Below, in pieces: positions 31,108 through 41,516 of a DNA stretch of 64,000 nucleotides. The stretch is from an uncultured virus (IMG/VR IMGVR_UViG_2049941000_000254) (taxonomy: Duplodnaviria > Heunggongvirae > Uroviricota > Caudoviricetes). The translations under genes and the position numbers were made by a program. The stretch lies in the IMG/VR virus record IMGVR_UViG_2049941000_000254, one strand, 5' to 3'. Positions within the stretch are counted from its first letter, which is position 1; each line of letters opens with the position of its first letter. The notes beneath the pieces are model-generated. The model was given only the letters and a program-made list of their open reading frames with translations, did no database searches and was not told the origin of the DNA.

Positions 31108-31347
31108 ATGTTCCACGAAAGAATCAAGATAATCGAACACAAGCCGGACGGAACCGATAAGGTCATCGAGGAGCGCGTATGGGCATCGCCGTATGGCAAT
31201 ACGAGGAACCCCGAAATCTTCATCCGTTCTTCCTACAAGGAACTTGTCGGGGAAAACATCAAGGTCGAAATTTCCGGCTCGAAATGGCAGCTGAATAGCC
31301 CGGACGGACACTATTCCTGGGTGGCTACCTGGGAATCGGCCATCTGA
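31108..31347 (+). CDS. hypothetical protein
   Basis: Repeat, SD and ATG. Confidence 0.75.
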   Translation: MFHERIKIIEHKPDGTDKVIEERVWASPYGNTRNPEIFIRSSYKELVGENIKVEISGSKWQLNSPDGHYSWVATWESAI

Positions 31348-31428
31348 CCTACCGTGTTCCATATGTCCCATTTAATTGGGGACCCGGTGGAACATCGTGG
31401 GGATACATTCAACCAAAAGGAGACAACG

Positions 31429-31563
31429 ATGGAATACAATATTATCGTCGGCAATAGGAAAACCGTTATCAAGGCCAAATCTGCCGCTGAAGCCGCAGAA
31501 AAATCGGCCAAGATTGTCAAAAAGTCCAAGACACCGGTGGACATTAAGATTGTCCCGGCATAA
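31429..31563 (+). CDS. 44-aa peptide
   Basis: Repeat, SD and ATG. Confidence 0.7.
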   Translation: MEYNIIVGNRKTVIKAKSAAEAAEKSAKIVKKSKTPVDIKIVPA

Positions 31564-31604
31564 GGTGCAACATTGATCTGACCATCGTCAACAAGGATAC
31601 AACA

Positions 31605-32048
31605 ATGAAAAAGAATTTGAAAAAGGTCGAGTTGCCCGAACTCCACCTGTGTATCGGCAGGGAAGAACTTGCGGACACAATCGCGGCCTATGTGAACGAT
31701 GCCAGGCACAAGGGTGCAATCGGAGACATCGACTTCAAGGTGGAATGTGTGCCGACCAAGGAAGAATGGGACGGCATGAACCTCATGGAAAAGGCATCTG
31801 CGTGGAATGACGCTCTAGGCAGTTACGGCATCAAGGAAATCGGAAAGTTGTTCGACGACGATTCCTTCATGCTCGTCGCGAACTACTGGGGCGGTTCCAA
31901 CATGGTGCCTTCACCGGTGTTCGACCGGGGCAACAAGGAAACCGAAATCTACAAAATCGTAGAGGACCTTGTGGACAGCCAGTTGTCCTTCGAGGACCAT
32001 TCCGAGGGCCGATACCTCCTCCGCATCACGGAAATCAAGTACATTTAA
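31605..32048 (+). CDS. hypothetical protein
   Basis: AAGGA SD. Confidence 0.8.
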   Translation: MKKNLKKVELPELHLCIGREELADTIAAYVNDARHKGAIGDIDFKVECVPTKEEWDGMNLMEKASAWNDALGSYGIKEIGKLFDDDSFMLVANYWGGSNMVPSPVFDRGNKETEIYKIVEDLVDSQLSFEDHSEGRYLLRITEIKYI

Positions 32049-32128
32049 TTCCAACCGTGTTCTCCATGTCCCACTATCCAGGGGACCTGGTGGAACATCG
32101 TAGTGGCATCAACCAAAAGGAGACAACA

Positions 32129-32821
32129 ATGAACAGTCTTTGCACACTTCTCAACAAACTCTCGAAGAGCACCATCATCGCACAACAGTTGGATGACCTT
32201 TGCAACCTAATCGCCATCGTAGTAAGGGACGACTTGGGCAACGACTCCAAGTCCCTCATCACAAACTGGGTGGATAACAACGGCGATTACATCGACTTCT
32301 CCTTCGCCCTGCGCCCGGACTGGCTTGTCGGCACACCCGATGACAAGCAGGTGAAGATGCGTATTTCCATCGACACTTGCAACCAGTCGTGGTATGCCTA
32401 CCTTATCATGGACTGCGAGGACGGCGAAATCGAAGATTGGGGAGAAAAGGAGTTCAAGAGTGCTGAACTGGAAGAATACTCCATGCCGGTGAAGGCCATG
32501 CTCGAAGTAATCCACGGGCAGTACGACAAGAAACTCCATGATGAAAATGCGAAATCGGATGCCGACCTCGCCAAGGCTGCCCAGGTAGCCAAGAAACTCC
32601 AGAAGCATGTCGATGCCATCAAGAAGCTCTGCAAGGAGAACAACCTCAAACTCTATTCCGACCACAGCCTCGATGGCACAAGTTGCCTCTATTTGGTACC
32701 CGACAACATGCACTGCCTCACCGATGACAACAGCGGGGAAGTAATCGACCTCGAAAAAATCCCCTATCTCGACTTCGATGCCATGGGCTTCGACCCCAAC
32801 TACGACTTCTTCCGTAGGTAA
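32129..32821 (+). CDS. two-domain hypothetical protein
   Basis: Repeat, SD and ATG. Confidence 0.8.
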   Translation: MNSLCTLLNKLSKSTIIAQQLDDLCNLIAIVVRDDLGNDSKSLITNWVDNNGDYIDFSFALRPDWLVGTPDDKQVKMRISIDTCNQSWYAYLIMDCEDGEIEDWGEKEFKSAELEEYSMPVKAMLEVIHGQYDKKLHDENAKSDADLAKAAQVAKKLQKHVDAIKKLCKENNLKLYSDHSLDGTSCLYLVPDNMHCLTDDNSGEVIDLEKIPYLDFDAMGFDPNYDFFRR

Positions 32822-32847
32822 AAAAATTTTTAACTTTTGGAGAAACC

Positions 32848-33171
32848 ATGCCAAAGAAGAAAGACATCTGCTCACTTGCCGACGGGAAGAACATTCTCGA
32901 AATCGCCTACTACGGCCCCGGTGACCACAAGAAACTCGAAGAGGAAAGGGGGCACTACTGGTTCGAGAAGGAGGTACTCATCTCGTTACTGGGGCAGTAT
33001 TCAAAGGACAAGACCATCGCGGTCATTGACTACAAGGACGGAGGCGCCACCCGGCAGCACTTCGGCCTGGGAAACTCCCCGGAGGAAGCCGTCAAGTCCG
33101 CGCTCACCACCCTAATCGCCAAGTACGAGCCAATCGTAGCATCTGCCGAGAAGGCCCTCCGGGGCCTCTGA
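32848..33171 (+). CDS. hypothetical protein
   Basis: GGAG SD. Confidence 0.75.
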   Translation: MPKKKDICSLADGKNILEIAYYGPGDHKKLEEERGHYWFEKEVLISLLGQYSKDKTIAVIDYKDGGATRQHFGLGNSPEEAVKSALTTLIAKYEPIVASAEKALRGL

Positions 33172-33254
33172 CCCACCATGTTCCACAGGTCCCCCGGTCG
33201 AGGGGACCCGGTGGAACATCGTAGGGTCAACAATCAACCAAAGGAGACAACACC

Positions 33255-33650
33255 ATGACTATTATCAACCTCGAAGCCTTCCTGAAACTAGCCGACTACA
33301 AGCTCACCTACATCATCTCGGGCGCGTTTACCGGCTCCGAATACTGGATTGACGGCGACACCGACCAGTTCGATGCGGTAAAGAAATCCCTCGCCGAGAA
33401 CTGCCAGGACCCCTATGGCCCGTGCGTGGAGGACATCTATGCCGAAATGCTCCAACGCGGCATGACCCTAACGGTCACCGACCCGGAAGGCGGCAAGCAT
33501 GACCTCACCATCGAGCACCTCGAACGCGCCGTCGATGTCATCTTCACCAAGGAGACCGAAATCCTCAAGCAGTATCTCAACGCACCCGACATGCTCACCG
33601 ACTGCGCCTTCATCGACTGTGCCATCTTCGGCGAAGTGACTTTCGGGTAA
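33255..33650 (+). CDS. phage hypothetical protein (C-terminal D...AIFGEVTFG)
   Basis: Repeat and SD; C-terminal motif common in phage hypotheticals. Confidence 0.8.
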   Translation: MTIINLEAFLKLADYKLTYIISGAFTGSEYWIDGDTDQFDAVKKSLAENCQDPYGPCVEDIYAEMLQRGMTLTVTDPEGGKHDLTIEHLERAVDVIFTKETEILKQYLNAPDMLTDCAFIDCAIFGEVTFG

Positions 33651-33661
33651 GGGGGTGATAC

Positions 33662-34012
33662 ATGGCTGTGACACTATGGATTCTTCGCCACAATGGCGAA
33701 CCAATTTTCAAGTTTGGCCCCTCGCGCTATACTAATGACAGCGAGGACAAACTTTTAATCGACTATGTATGCAAGGAAATCCACAAGCACCCCGGTTGCA
33801 AGGTTTCCCTTAACCATACCTGGTTTGAGGACAGGCCTAGCATTTCCGGCAAGGTCGCCATGGAATACAATGGCCCCCAGGACAACCGCAAACTGCGCTA
33901 CATGATGAAGCGCCAATGCCGATGGTTTTGGACGCATGTCTACAACATCTTTGTCGATAGTCCCGATGGTCGCCGTATCATCGACTTCGAACTGGAATAC
34001 ATCGACCTCTAG
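33662..34012 (+). CDS. hypothetical protein
   Basis: GGGGGTG SD. Confidence 0.7.
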   Translation: MAVTLWILRHNGEPIFKFGPSRYTNDSEDKLLIDYVCKEIHKHPGCKVSLNHTWFEDRPSISGKVAMEYNGPQDNRKLRYMMKRQCRWFWTHVYNIFVDSPDGRRIIDFELEYIDL

Positions 34013-34093
34013 TCCTACCGTGTTCCCCATGTCCCATTTAAATGGGGACCCGGTGGAACATCGTAGGGACATCAATCAAAAGGAGACAACACC

Positions 34094-34654
34094 ATGACAA
34101 AGATTGACTTCAAGATTACCCCCAAGGTCACCTACATCACCTCCGATGCTCCAGACTACGATGACTTCAAGTCCAACTGGGAAGAATGCCACGATGGGGA
34201 AGAACCTTGCCCGAAAGATAACTCCCGTGAATACTGGGAAGCCGTCTCTGACGACCAGAGCCGCGAATGGGACGACTTCCGTTCCAACTTCAACTACGGC
34301 GAACTTATCGGCAAGACCTGCCTGTTCCGTGGCCGCTATTCCAGCCGATACCCCAGCTACCAACCGTCCGGTGACGCAGGGCGCGTAATCACCATCAACT
34401 CCATCGACGACTTCATGAAGTTCACGGGCGACCACCCGGACAATGTGGATATCTGGCAGGACAAGGACGGCCTCCATGTATCCAATGCCCACCATGACGG
34501 CACCCTGTCCCTCGTGGTCAAGACCCTCACCAAGAAGGGAGAGGAATACTGGGAACGTATGTGCCGCAAGGGCGAAGGCCAGTCCCGCGAGTGCCACAGG
34601 CACCTGGACGAAACCAAGGGCCTCTCCAGTCCCATCGACTACTACCTCTTCTAA
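34094..34654 (+). CDS. phage hypothetical protein (HHDGT motif)
   Basis: Repeat, SD and ATG. Confidence 0.8.
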   Translation: MTKIDFKITPKVTYITSDAPDYDDFKSNWEECHDGEEPCPKDNSREYWEAVSDDQSREWDDFRSNFNYGELIGKTCLFRGRYSSRYPSYQPSGDAGRVITINSIDDFMKFTGDHPDNVDIWQDKDGLHVSNAHHDGTLSLVVKTLTKKGEEYWERMCRKGEGQSRECHRHLDETKGLSSPIDYYLF

Positions 34655-34829
34655 ATTTCACTCCGGTGCCCGATCGGCGCGGTGGGGGGCTTAACACCCA
34701 TGACGGTGCCGGAGTGCTGTGTTTTATTTTTTATTTTTTGACTTTTCCCCACCGTGTTCCCCATGTCCCCCGACAAAGGGGACCCGATGGAACATCGTGC
34801 GGATACAATCAACCAAAGGAGACAACACC

Positions 34830-35771
34830 ATGTGCACATTCTTAACCATGTTTGGCGCATCTGCATTAGCAACGATTTTATTTGCACCCAAAAATACACA
34901 AGACTATTCATCACAGTTCAATAGCCTTAATGAAGGCATAAATAAGCTAGATGGCAAATTAGATTCCTTGTTGGATGTATCCACTTTTATGAAAGCCAGG
35001 TCTTGCCTTACTGAATTTAGCCCCCGGCTTATCGGTACGCCAACATTGTCTTATACCCACCATTCCATAGATGATATTATGCTTGCCGCGAAAGAGGGGT
35101 TTCATGATTTGCTTGAAATCGCAAAAGCGGATGATAATAATTTCATCACAGCAAGAGCCATATTTGAGAAAACCTATGGTAATGCTGATTGGGTATCGGC
35201 ACAATTTGTTAATCAACTTGATGACTATGCACAGTTGGATACCCTAATCAATAAGTATTCTGTTAAACTATTAAGCCTTGTTAAGGCAGAAGGCCGTTAT
35301 GAACACACATTCAGAGAATTAGAGAGAACATACAAACGGTATAAAAACCTATGGTGGTTTCAATTCAAAAAGAGGCGTGCTGCACAAAAAACATTACTTG
35401 AAATTCAACGCGATCTTATTGCTATTTCAAATGAGTTCGTTGCAAAAGCACAGTTGGACCTAAACGATAATGAACTCTTTATACTGTTCATGATAGTTTG
35501 GTCAAATAATAAAGATGATTGGGCAAGCCGATATTTTGAATACGCAACCGGGAAACACAATAGTGAATTCAATTGGTCCTGGGCATCACAGTGGATAACA
35601 TTCATCCCATGCTCATGTTCTCAGCATGATTACAAATACTATAGTGGTGAACATAGATATTGGCTACGCTACTATAATGGGTTGGATATTGATATTAAAA
35701 AATCTCACCGGAAGTTATTTAAGATATTATTATCGGACAAAACAATATCAAGGAAACACCTTCGCGCCTAA
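34830..35771 (+). CDS. AT-rich 313-aa hypothetical protein with hydrophobic N-terminus
   Basis: Repeat, SD and ATG; visibly A/T-ending codon usage unlike neighbours. Confidence 0.8.
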   Translation: MCTFLTMFGASALATILFAPKNTQDYSSQFNSLNEGINKLDGKLDSLLDVSTFMKARSCLTEFSPRLIGTPTLSYTHHSIDDIMLAAKEGFHDLLEIAKADDNNFITARAIFEKTYGNADWVSAQFVNQLDDYAQLDTLINKYSVKLLSLVKAEGRYEHTFRELERTYKRYKNLWWFQFKKRRAAQKTLLEIQRDLIAISNEFVAKAQLDLNDNELFILFMIVWSNNKDDWASRYFEYATGKHNSEFNWSWASQWITFIPCSCSQHDYKYYSGEHRYWLRYYNGLDIDIKKSHRKLFKILLSDKTISRKHLRA

Positions 35772-35857
35772 TGTATTCCCATCGTGTTCCCCATGTCCCC
35801 CGAACGAGGGGACCCGGTGGAACATCGTGCGGATACATTCAACCAAGGAGCACAACA

Positions 35858-36394
35858 ATGTCCTTACCCGCAGAATTGAAGAAAGTCCTCGCCCAGGTCA
35901 AGCAGGGCGACAAGTTGAACTGCACAGTCATCTTCGGGACCCATTCCGATGAAACGGAAATCTCGGAGAACTGCCCGCTCGTAATCGGCAAGGGCGATGA
36001 CCCCGATACCTTCTACTGCTCCCTTGCGAAACTGAAAACCCTCTTCGACCCCGATACCTCCAAGGAGGACTTCATCATCGCGGAGTTCACCGGGCCCTCC
36101 TACTCCTACCTCTGCCAGAAGCGCCTCACCTTCAAGGCCAAGGGGTGGAAGCTCAAACTGCGCGGCTTCATGGTGGGCGGCTACTGGGACTACACCCTCA
36201 TCGACCCCCAGGGCCGTGCCTACGAAGCCGGGAACGAATGGTCGTTCGAGGACAGTTCGGGCGAAAAGACAGGTCGCCCGGTCATCCCCGCTATCAAGGA
36301 TATCCTCATCGACATGACCGATGTCATGGCGGGAACCTTCGAGGATGCCGTGGCCAAGATGCCCGACTTCGACGAATGGGTCCAGGAGGACTAA
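35858..36394 (+). CDS. hypothetical protein; N-terminal domain related to 7607-7882
   Basis: Repeat and SD; FYC...EDFII motif. Confidence 0.8.
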   Translation: MSLPAELKKVLAQVKQGDKLNCTVIFGTHSDETEISENCPLVIGKGDDPDTFYCSLAKLKTLFDPDTSKEDFIIAEFTGPSYSYLCQKRLTFKAKGWKLKLRGFMVGGYWDYTLIDPQGRAYEAGNEWSFEDSSGEKTGRPVIPAIKDILIDMTDVMAGTFEDAVAKMPDFDEWVQED

Positions 36395-36480
36395 CCATTC
36401 CCCAACCGTGTTCCCCATGTCCCCCGGAAAAGGGGACCCGGTGGAACATCGTAGGGGCATCAAGCAACCAAGGAGACAAT

Positions 36481-36951
36481 ATGGCAAATGTAAAGAAACC
36501 TTCAAAGAACATGATACGCGGTTCCTGGTTCGGGAACGCCACGGTCACGCTTAACCACCTGGCAAACATGGTCGTAGGCGTAGACCTGGTGCAAGAATAC
36601 GGGGAAGCACTAAATGACATCTCCCACCTCTACGAGACTGGCGATGACCTCAACCGACTCATCATCGGCCAGGCCCCGGTGAACGGAATGGATGCCAAGG
36701 ATGTACCGAAGCACCAACGCTTCTGCAAGGCCGTCCAGGATATCAAGGACAAGGCCAAGGAAAAGGGTATCCCCCTGCAACTCGGATACACCGACACCGA
36801 ATCCGACCTGGAGCCGGTATGGTATGTCGATGTCTCCTCCCCGGAAACCGAAGTGTTCGAGATTAAGGTCACCACGTATGGACGGCAGATTCTAAAAATC
36901 ATCGGCCAGCACGGCATCGCCTTCGACACCCAAGTCACTGAATGCTACTAA
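36481..36951 (+). CDS. hypothetical protein
   Basis: Repeat, SD and ATG. Confidence 0.8.
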   Translation: MANVKKPSKNMIRGSWFGNATVTLNHLANMVVGVDLVQEYGEALNDISHLYETGDDLNRLIIGQAPVNGMDAKDVPKHQRFCKAVQDIKDKAKEKGIPLQLGYTDTESDLEPVWYVDVSSPETEVFEIKVTTYGRQILKIIGQHGIAFDTQVTECY

Positions 36952-37241
36952 AGCAAAAATGGGCCCGTGCAGTTCGGAGGGCAATGACTCAATAACCCGT
37001 CGCCGGATTGCACGGGCCCGTAAAAGCCAAATTCCGGCGACATTATAAAATTAGTATTTTTCTATTAACTGATTTGTAAAATTTAATTTTTTGTTGTCTC
37101 CACGCCCGACCTGGTTCCCCAGGCCGGGCCTTTTTGTCCCACGGATCCCTCTAGCCCACCGTGTATCACATGTCCCCACCATCAAGGGGACCTGAGGATA
37201 CATCGTGGTCGTGAAATACAGGACCAATAAAGGAAAATAAC

Positions 37242-37652
37242 ATGACAGTCAAGAAACATTTCACACAACAGGTTGCAAAGGCCATCTTCGACTTCACACG
37301 CAAAAACCCCAGGGACCCGAAGGCCAAACTCCCGGAATCCGTATGGGTCCTCGACTTCTCCAAGGATACCCCCAGGAAAATCTTCTCCCTCTCCAAGATG
37401 TTCCTCTCCTGTACCCATGTCACCACGGGCCAGAATGTGTACTTCGGTTTCACCATCGAACCCGGTGTCGAACCACTACAGTTCACCGTGAAACACTGGA
37501 CACAGACCGGGGACGAAACCGTGACACAACTGGGAACTACCACGGAACAGGTCGCAAAGGTCGAAGATGTACCCGCGATTGTCAACAATGCCGCGAACAA
37601 GGCGAAAGAACTCGCCAACGCGCTCCGGCGTGAACAGGGTCGAGCCAGTTAA
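37242..37652 (+). CDS. hypothetical protein
   Basis: Repeat, SD and ATG. Confidence 0.75.
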   Translation: MTVKKHFTQQVAKAIFDFTRKNPRDPKAKLPESVWVLDFSKDTPRKIFSLSKMFLSCTHVTTGQNVYFGFTIEPGVEPLQFTVKHWTQTGDETVTQLGTTTEQVAKVEDVPAIVNNAANKAKELANALRREQGRAS

Positions 37653-37741
37653 CCCCGGTCCCCTACCGTGTCCTTACTGTCCCACATTACCGGGGACCTG
37701 AGGACACATCGTAGGGACATAATTCAACCAAGGAGACAACC

Positions 37742-38179
37742 ATGAAGTTTACGGAACACAACATCGCGGCCATCCAGTCCTTCATCAAGGACTACGACAG
37801 GCACCTTGCTCACTTGAAGTACGAGGTTTGCTTCCAACCCGGCCATTTCGGCATCGGTCGCGCCAACGACGGTGACACGCCCATGGAATGCAGCCCGGTG
37901 TCCTGCGGGAACCATACATCCATCTACCCCTGCATGAACTACCTGGACCCCGTGGTCGTGGAGACCCATTTCGAACAGACCGATGGCGGCATATTCTGGA
38001 AGATTACAAAGCGCTATAAGAGGCGCGACCCTGAAATCACCGTGCTTCGCGGTGTGTTCCGCGACCGCGTACTTGTGACGGAGACCCCGTGTCCCGATCG
38101 TGTCCGCAAGGGCATGATGAAAGTGGCCCTGCTTGCGGAGAAGTTCGCGAAGATGGAGAATGAGGCCATGCACATCTGA
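37742..38179 (+). CDS. hypothetical protein
   Basis: Repeat, SD and ATG. Confidence 0.8.
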   Translation: MKFTEHNIAAIQSFIKDYDRHLAHLKYEVCFQPGHFGIGRANDGDTPMECSPVSCGNHTSIYPCMNYLDPVVVETHFEQTDGGIFWKITKRYKRRDPEITVLRGVFRDRVLVTETPCPDRVRKGMMKVALLAEKFAKMENEAMHI

Positions 38180-38268
38180 TTTCCCCCTACCGTGTCCTTA
38201 CGGTCCCACATTCCCGGGGACCTGGTGACACATCGTAGGGACAGAATTTTTTAAAAAAGGAGACAACC

Positions 38269-38547
38269 ATGATTCAAGTCATCAATAACAAGAACAAACC
38301 CTGCATGTCCATCCTAGACAACATGCAGCTCAATACTCTCGACCAGGCCATCAAGACCGTGGACCCCAATGTCGCTATAGACACAGTAAACTACGACACG
38401 GGTATCATCTACATCTCCATCACATACAACAAGGACACCAAGGACCAGTGGACCAATGACCGCTTCATGGAAATCAATGTCGCGACAGACTCCGTACCCG
38501 CCATCTTCTACGATGTCTTTACTAGGGTCTACAAACGCTGTATCTAA
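38269..38547 (+). CDS. hypothetical protein
   Basis: Repeat, SD and ATG. Confidence 0.8.
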   Translation: MIQVINNKNKPCMSILDNMQLNTLDQAIKTVDPNVAIDTVNYDTGIIYISITYNKDTKDQWTNDRFMEINVATDSVPAIFYDVFTRVYKRCI

Positions 38548-38609
38548 TCACCCATAGGGACCTCCTGCACCCGGAGGCCCCCGTCACTATTTCCACCAAA
38601 GGACATACT

Positions 38610-39338
38610 ATGCACCCAAATACCATTAAGCCCTACATCAACATGATGCTTTTCTCCATGTCCCATGACCTGACAGGGACGGCTTTCGTCGAATGCACCG
38701 AAGGCCTCTTCGACCTTATCGCACAGGTCCTGGAACCATTCGGTTGCACCATTTCTCCATTCAAGTCCAAGGTCATCAACGATACTGCACACCGTTGGAC
38801 CACCGAGGTCATCGGACCTATCATGCAAGGCGGCACGTCAGTACGCCTCACGGTCGAAATCGTTCCCTGGGCAAAACGGTGGCAAGTCTATGCCACTTTC
38901 AACCCAGGCAACCATGGCCAGTCAGATATCTTCGACAACCTCAAGGACGATAATATCTGCGGGGACGGGTTTGTCTACCACATGGTCTACAATATCGCCC
39001 ATAGGGCAAACATCAGGCTTGTGCAGGAGCGACTCAAGCTGGACCAGAAGGTCACATTCTCGACAGATACCCTCTACCAGTCGCTCCAAGGCAACCAGGG
39101 CTCCCAAAAGTACACCGAGGACGACCTCGTTCTCCAACTGGACGGGAACCCCCTGGAACCCCGATGCACCCTGTTCGCCAAGGAAATCGGCCTCAAACAG
39201 GTCGCCGCGAACCTGGACGAACTGACAGTCGCCAATGTCTCCGACCATGGCTATGTCACCCTGCGGAACCCGGCAGGTGACCAGTTCATGCTCAATGCCG
39301 AAGAAGCCATCGCCGCTATCCCAGAACTCCAAGTCTAA
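38610..39338 (+). CDS. hypothetical protein
   Basis: AAGGA SD; 242 aa. Confidence 0.75.
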   Translation: MHPNTIKPYINMMLFSMSHDLTGTAFVECTEGLFDLIAQVLEPFGCTISPFKSKVINDTAHRWTTEVIGPIMQGGTSVRLTVEIVPWAKRWQVYATFNPGNHGQSDIFDNLKDDNICGDGFVYHMVYNIAHRANIRLVQERLKLDQKVTFSTDTLYQSLQGNQGSQKYTEDDLVLQLDGNPLEPRCTLFAKEIGLKQVAANLDELTVANVSDHGYVTLRNPAGDQFMLNAEEAIAAIPELQV

Positions 39339-39567
39339 TCAATAACCCTGTTGTCTCCTGACCCCCGGTGACCCATGTCGCCGGGGGTCTCTTTGTGTCC
39401 CCGGTCCCCCCTTGCCCACCGTGTCAATACCCCTGCCCCGAGCGAAGGCACCCGGTTCCCCCGGACCCCCTGTTCCCACCGTGTATCCCCCTTGCCCCGA
39501 TCGATGGCACCCGATGATACACCGTGAACCCCGAAACCAGTCGAACCTATCTGCCAAAGGAGGCACC

Positions 39568-39954
39568 ATGAAAATCGAAGTCACTTACGCCAACGAGGGC
39601 CAGGCCACCATCGACCTCGACCCCTCCACCTTCCGAAAGGTCACCATCGACCCCGAACGAGCCTATGACACAAGGGTCAGGGTCGCCTTCAAGGACGGCC
39701 AGGAACCCCTCGACCTGTTCTTCCTCAAAGAAGGTGCACCGGAGCCCAACGGTCCCCTCGGTCCCTTCGTCACCTATGTCACCGTGTTCCGTCCAGGCTC
39801 CGACCCCGTTGTCCTTACTGACCCCGAGGCCATCTATGCCACCTTGAGCAACCTGTTCCTCTATGGTGACACATGGGGACAAAAGGGGACCGATGGGACA
39901 AAGGACCCCGAGGGCAAACACATGGAGCCGGGGGAGACAGTCCACGGCCTGTAA
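39568..39954 (+). CDS. hypothetical protein
   Basis: Repeat, GGAGG and ATG. Confidence 0.7.
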   Translation: MKIEVTYANEGQATIDLDPSTFRKVTIDPERAYDTRVRVAFKDGQEPLDLFFLKEGAPEPNGPLGPFVTYVTVFRPGSDPVVLTDPEAIYATLSNLFLYGDTWGQKGTDGTKDPEGKHMEPGETVHGL

Positions 39955-40427
39955 ACATTTTTTAATTTTTAATTTTTCATTTTTTAATTTTTGAATTTTG
40001 CCCCCGCGCCACCCAGGCCACCCATGTTTCGTAAAATTTTGGAAACATAAGTGGACAGGTGTGGAAAATGGGACCGGGCAACGGAGGGACCGTTGCACAC
40101 GGGTTNNNNNNNNNNNNNNNNNNNNNNNNNNNNNNNNNNNNNNNNNNNNNNNNNNNNNNNNNNNNNNNNNNNNNNNNNNNNNNNNNNNNNNNNNNNNNNN
40201 NNNNNNNNNNNNNNNNNNNNNNNNNNNNNNNNNNNNNNNNNNNNNNNNNNNNNNNNNNNNNNNNNNNNNNNNNNNNNNNNNNNNNNNNNNNNNNNNNNNN
40301 NNNNNNNNNNNNNNNNNNNNNNNNNNNNNNNNNNNNNNNNNNNNNNNNNNNNNNNNNNNNNNNNNNNNNNNNNNNNNNATAAGGATTGAGGCAATTCTAT
40401 CAATTATATCAATTATATGAATTGTCT

Positions 40428-40443
40428 TGTTTCACATGGAACA
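40428..40443. promoter_or_regulatory. parS-like palindrome TGTTTCACATGGAACA
   Basis: 2 differences from TGTTTCACGTGAAACA; second identical copy at 40912-40927. Confidence 0.5.
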
Positions 40444-40911
40444 TTTGGTCCTGTGGAGCCTACCGTGTCCATGGTATGTTCTGGAAAGGTGGGACCTGGT
40501 GGAGCATCGTACGGACATAGCAATTTGGCAAGGAGACAACTATGGCAAAGCATAACTTACCGATTATCGAGGGTAACGATACCANNNNNNNNNNCAAAAA
40601 TATACCCTTGATAAATATAAGTACCGCGATATTACCAAAGATTATCCATGGACCGGATATGATGGAACCGTACACCATTCATATTACACATATACGGAAC
40701 ATTACGATGAAATAACATCTGTTGCTGCGGTTCGAGGACAGTTCGGGCGNNNNNNNNNNGTGCGCCCCGTGACCCTATGATACATATTTTGTGTATCGTG
40801 GGGTACAATGGTGCGTAGTGGTGGAGAGTGGGAACCTTTGAGCAGGTGTGCAGTTGAGCAGTATATGAATTGATGCAATCATATCAATTCTATCAATTAT
40901 ATGAATTGGCG

Positions 40912-40927
40912 TGTTTCACATGGAACA
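40912..40927. promoter_or_regulatory. parS-like palindrome TGTTTCACATGGAACA
   Basis: Identical to the copy at 40428-40443. Confidence 0.5.
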
Positions 40928-41025
40928 TTTGTGCCTATGGTGCCTACCGTGTACCCGGTCGGTCCCGATCTCGGGGACCCGGTGGTATATCGTATGGGCA
41001 TAACGAAACAACACGGAGACAACAG

Positions 41026-41482
41026 ATGAAACGAATAAAGTTAATGACATTATTGGGCCTTGCATTGGCACTATATGTACATGCTGATATCAAAGGTGGC
41101 ATAACTGTAGGTGGCGATGTTGGACTAGGAATGCCATTTGAATGTATGGGAATAGATACCACATTGGAAAGTGGAGCCTCCGAAATAGGGTGGACAATTA
41201 GACCCGCAATCATTCTAGGCAAGGATAACAAATTTGCCATAGGCATAGAATACACCTACGGACCTGAGGATACNNNNNNNNNNNNNNNNNNNNNNNNNNN
41301 NNNNNNNNNNNNNNNNNNNNNNNNNNNNNNNNNNNNNNNNNNNNNNNNNNNNNNNCATGGCCCAGATGATTATAACGCAAATTTTATGCTTGCGCTATAT
41401 ACCTACATATCGGCCAAAAAAATGTCGATTGGCCTTACGCTGAATTTCCAAGCATACACCGATTATTATAGCTCATCGACAT
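41026..41482 (+). CDS. secreted/outer-membrane beta-type hypothetical protein (gapped)
   Basis: Signal peptide MKRIKLMTLLGLALALYVHA; alternating beta-strand pattern; AT-rich. Confidence 0.6.
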
Positions 41483-41516
41483 GNNNNNNNNNNNNNNNNN
41501 NNNNNNNNNNNNNNNN

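Noticed and set aside
40730..40749. 20-nt identity with 36244-36263, and repeat-like GGACCTGAGGATAC at about 41260
   Set aside because: Both end exactly at gaps, typical of assembly-graph tips
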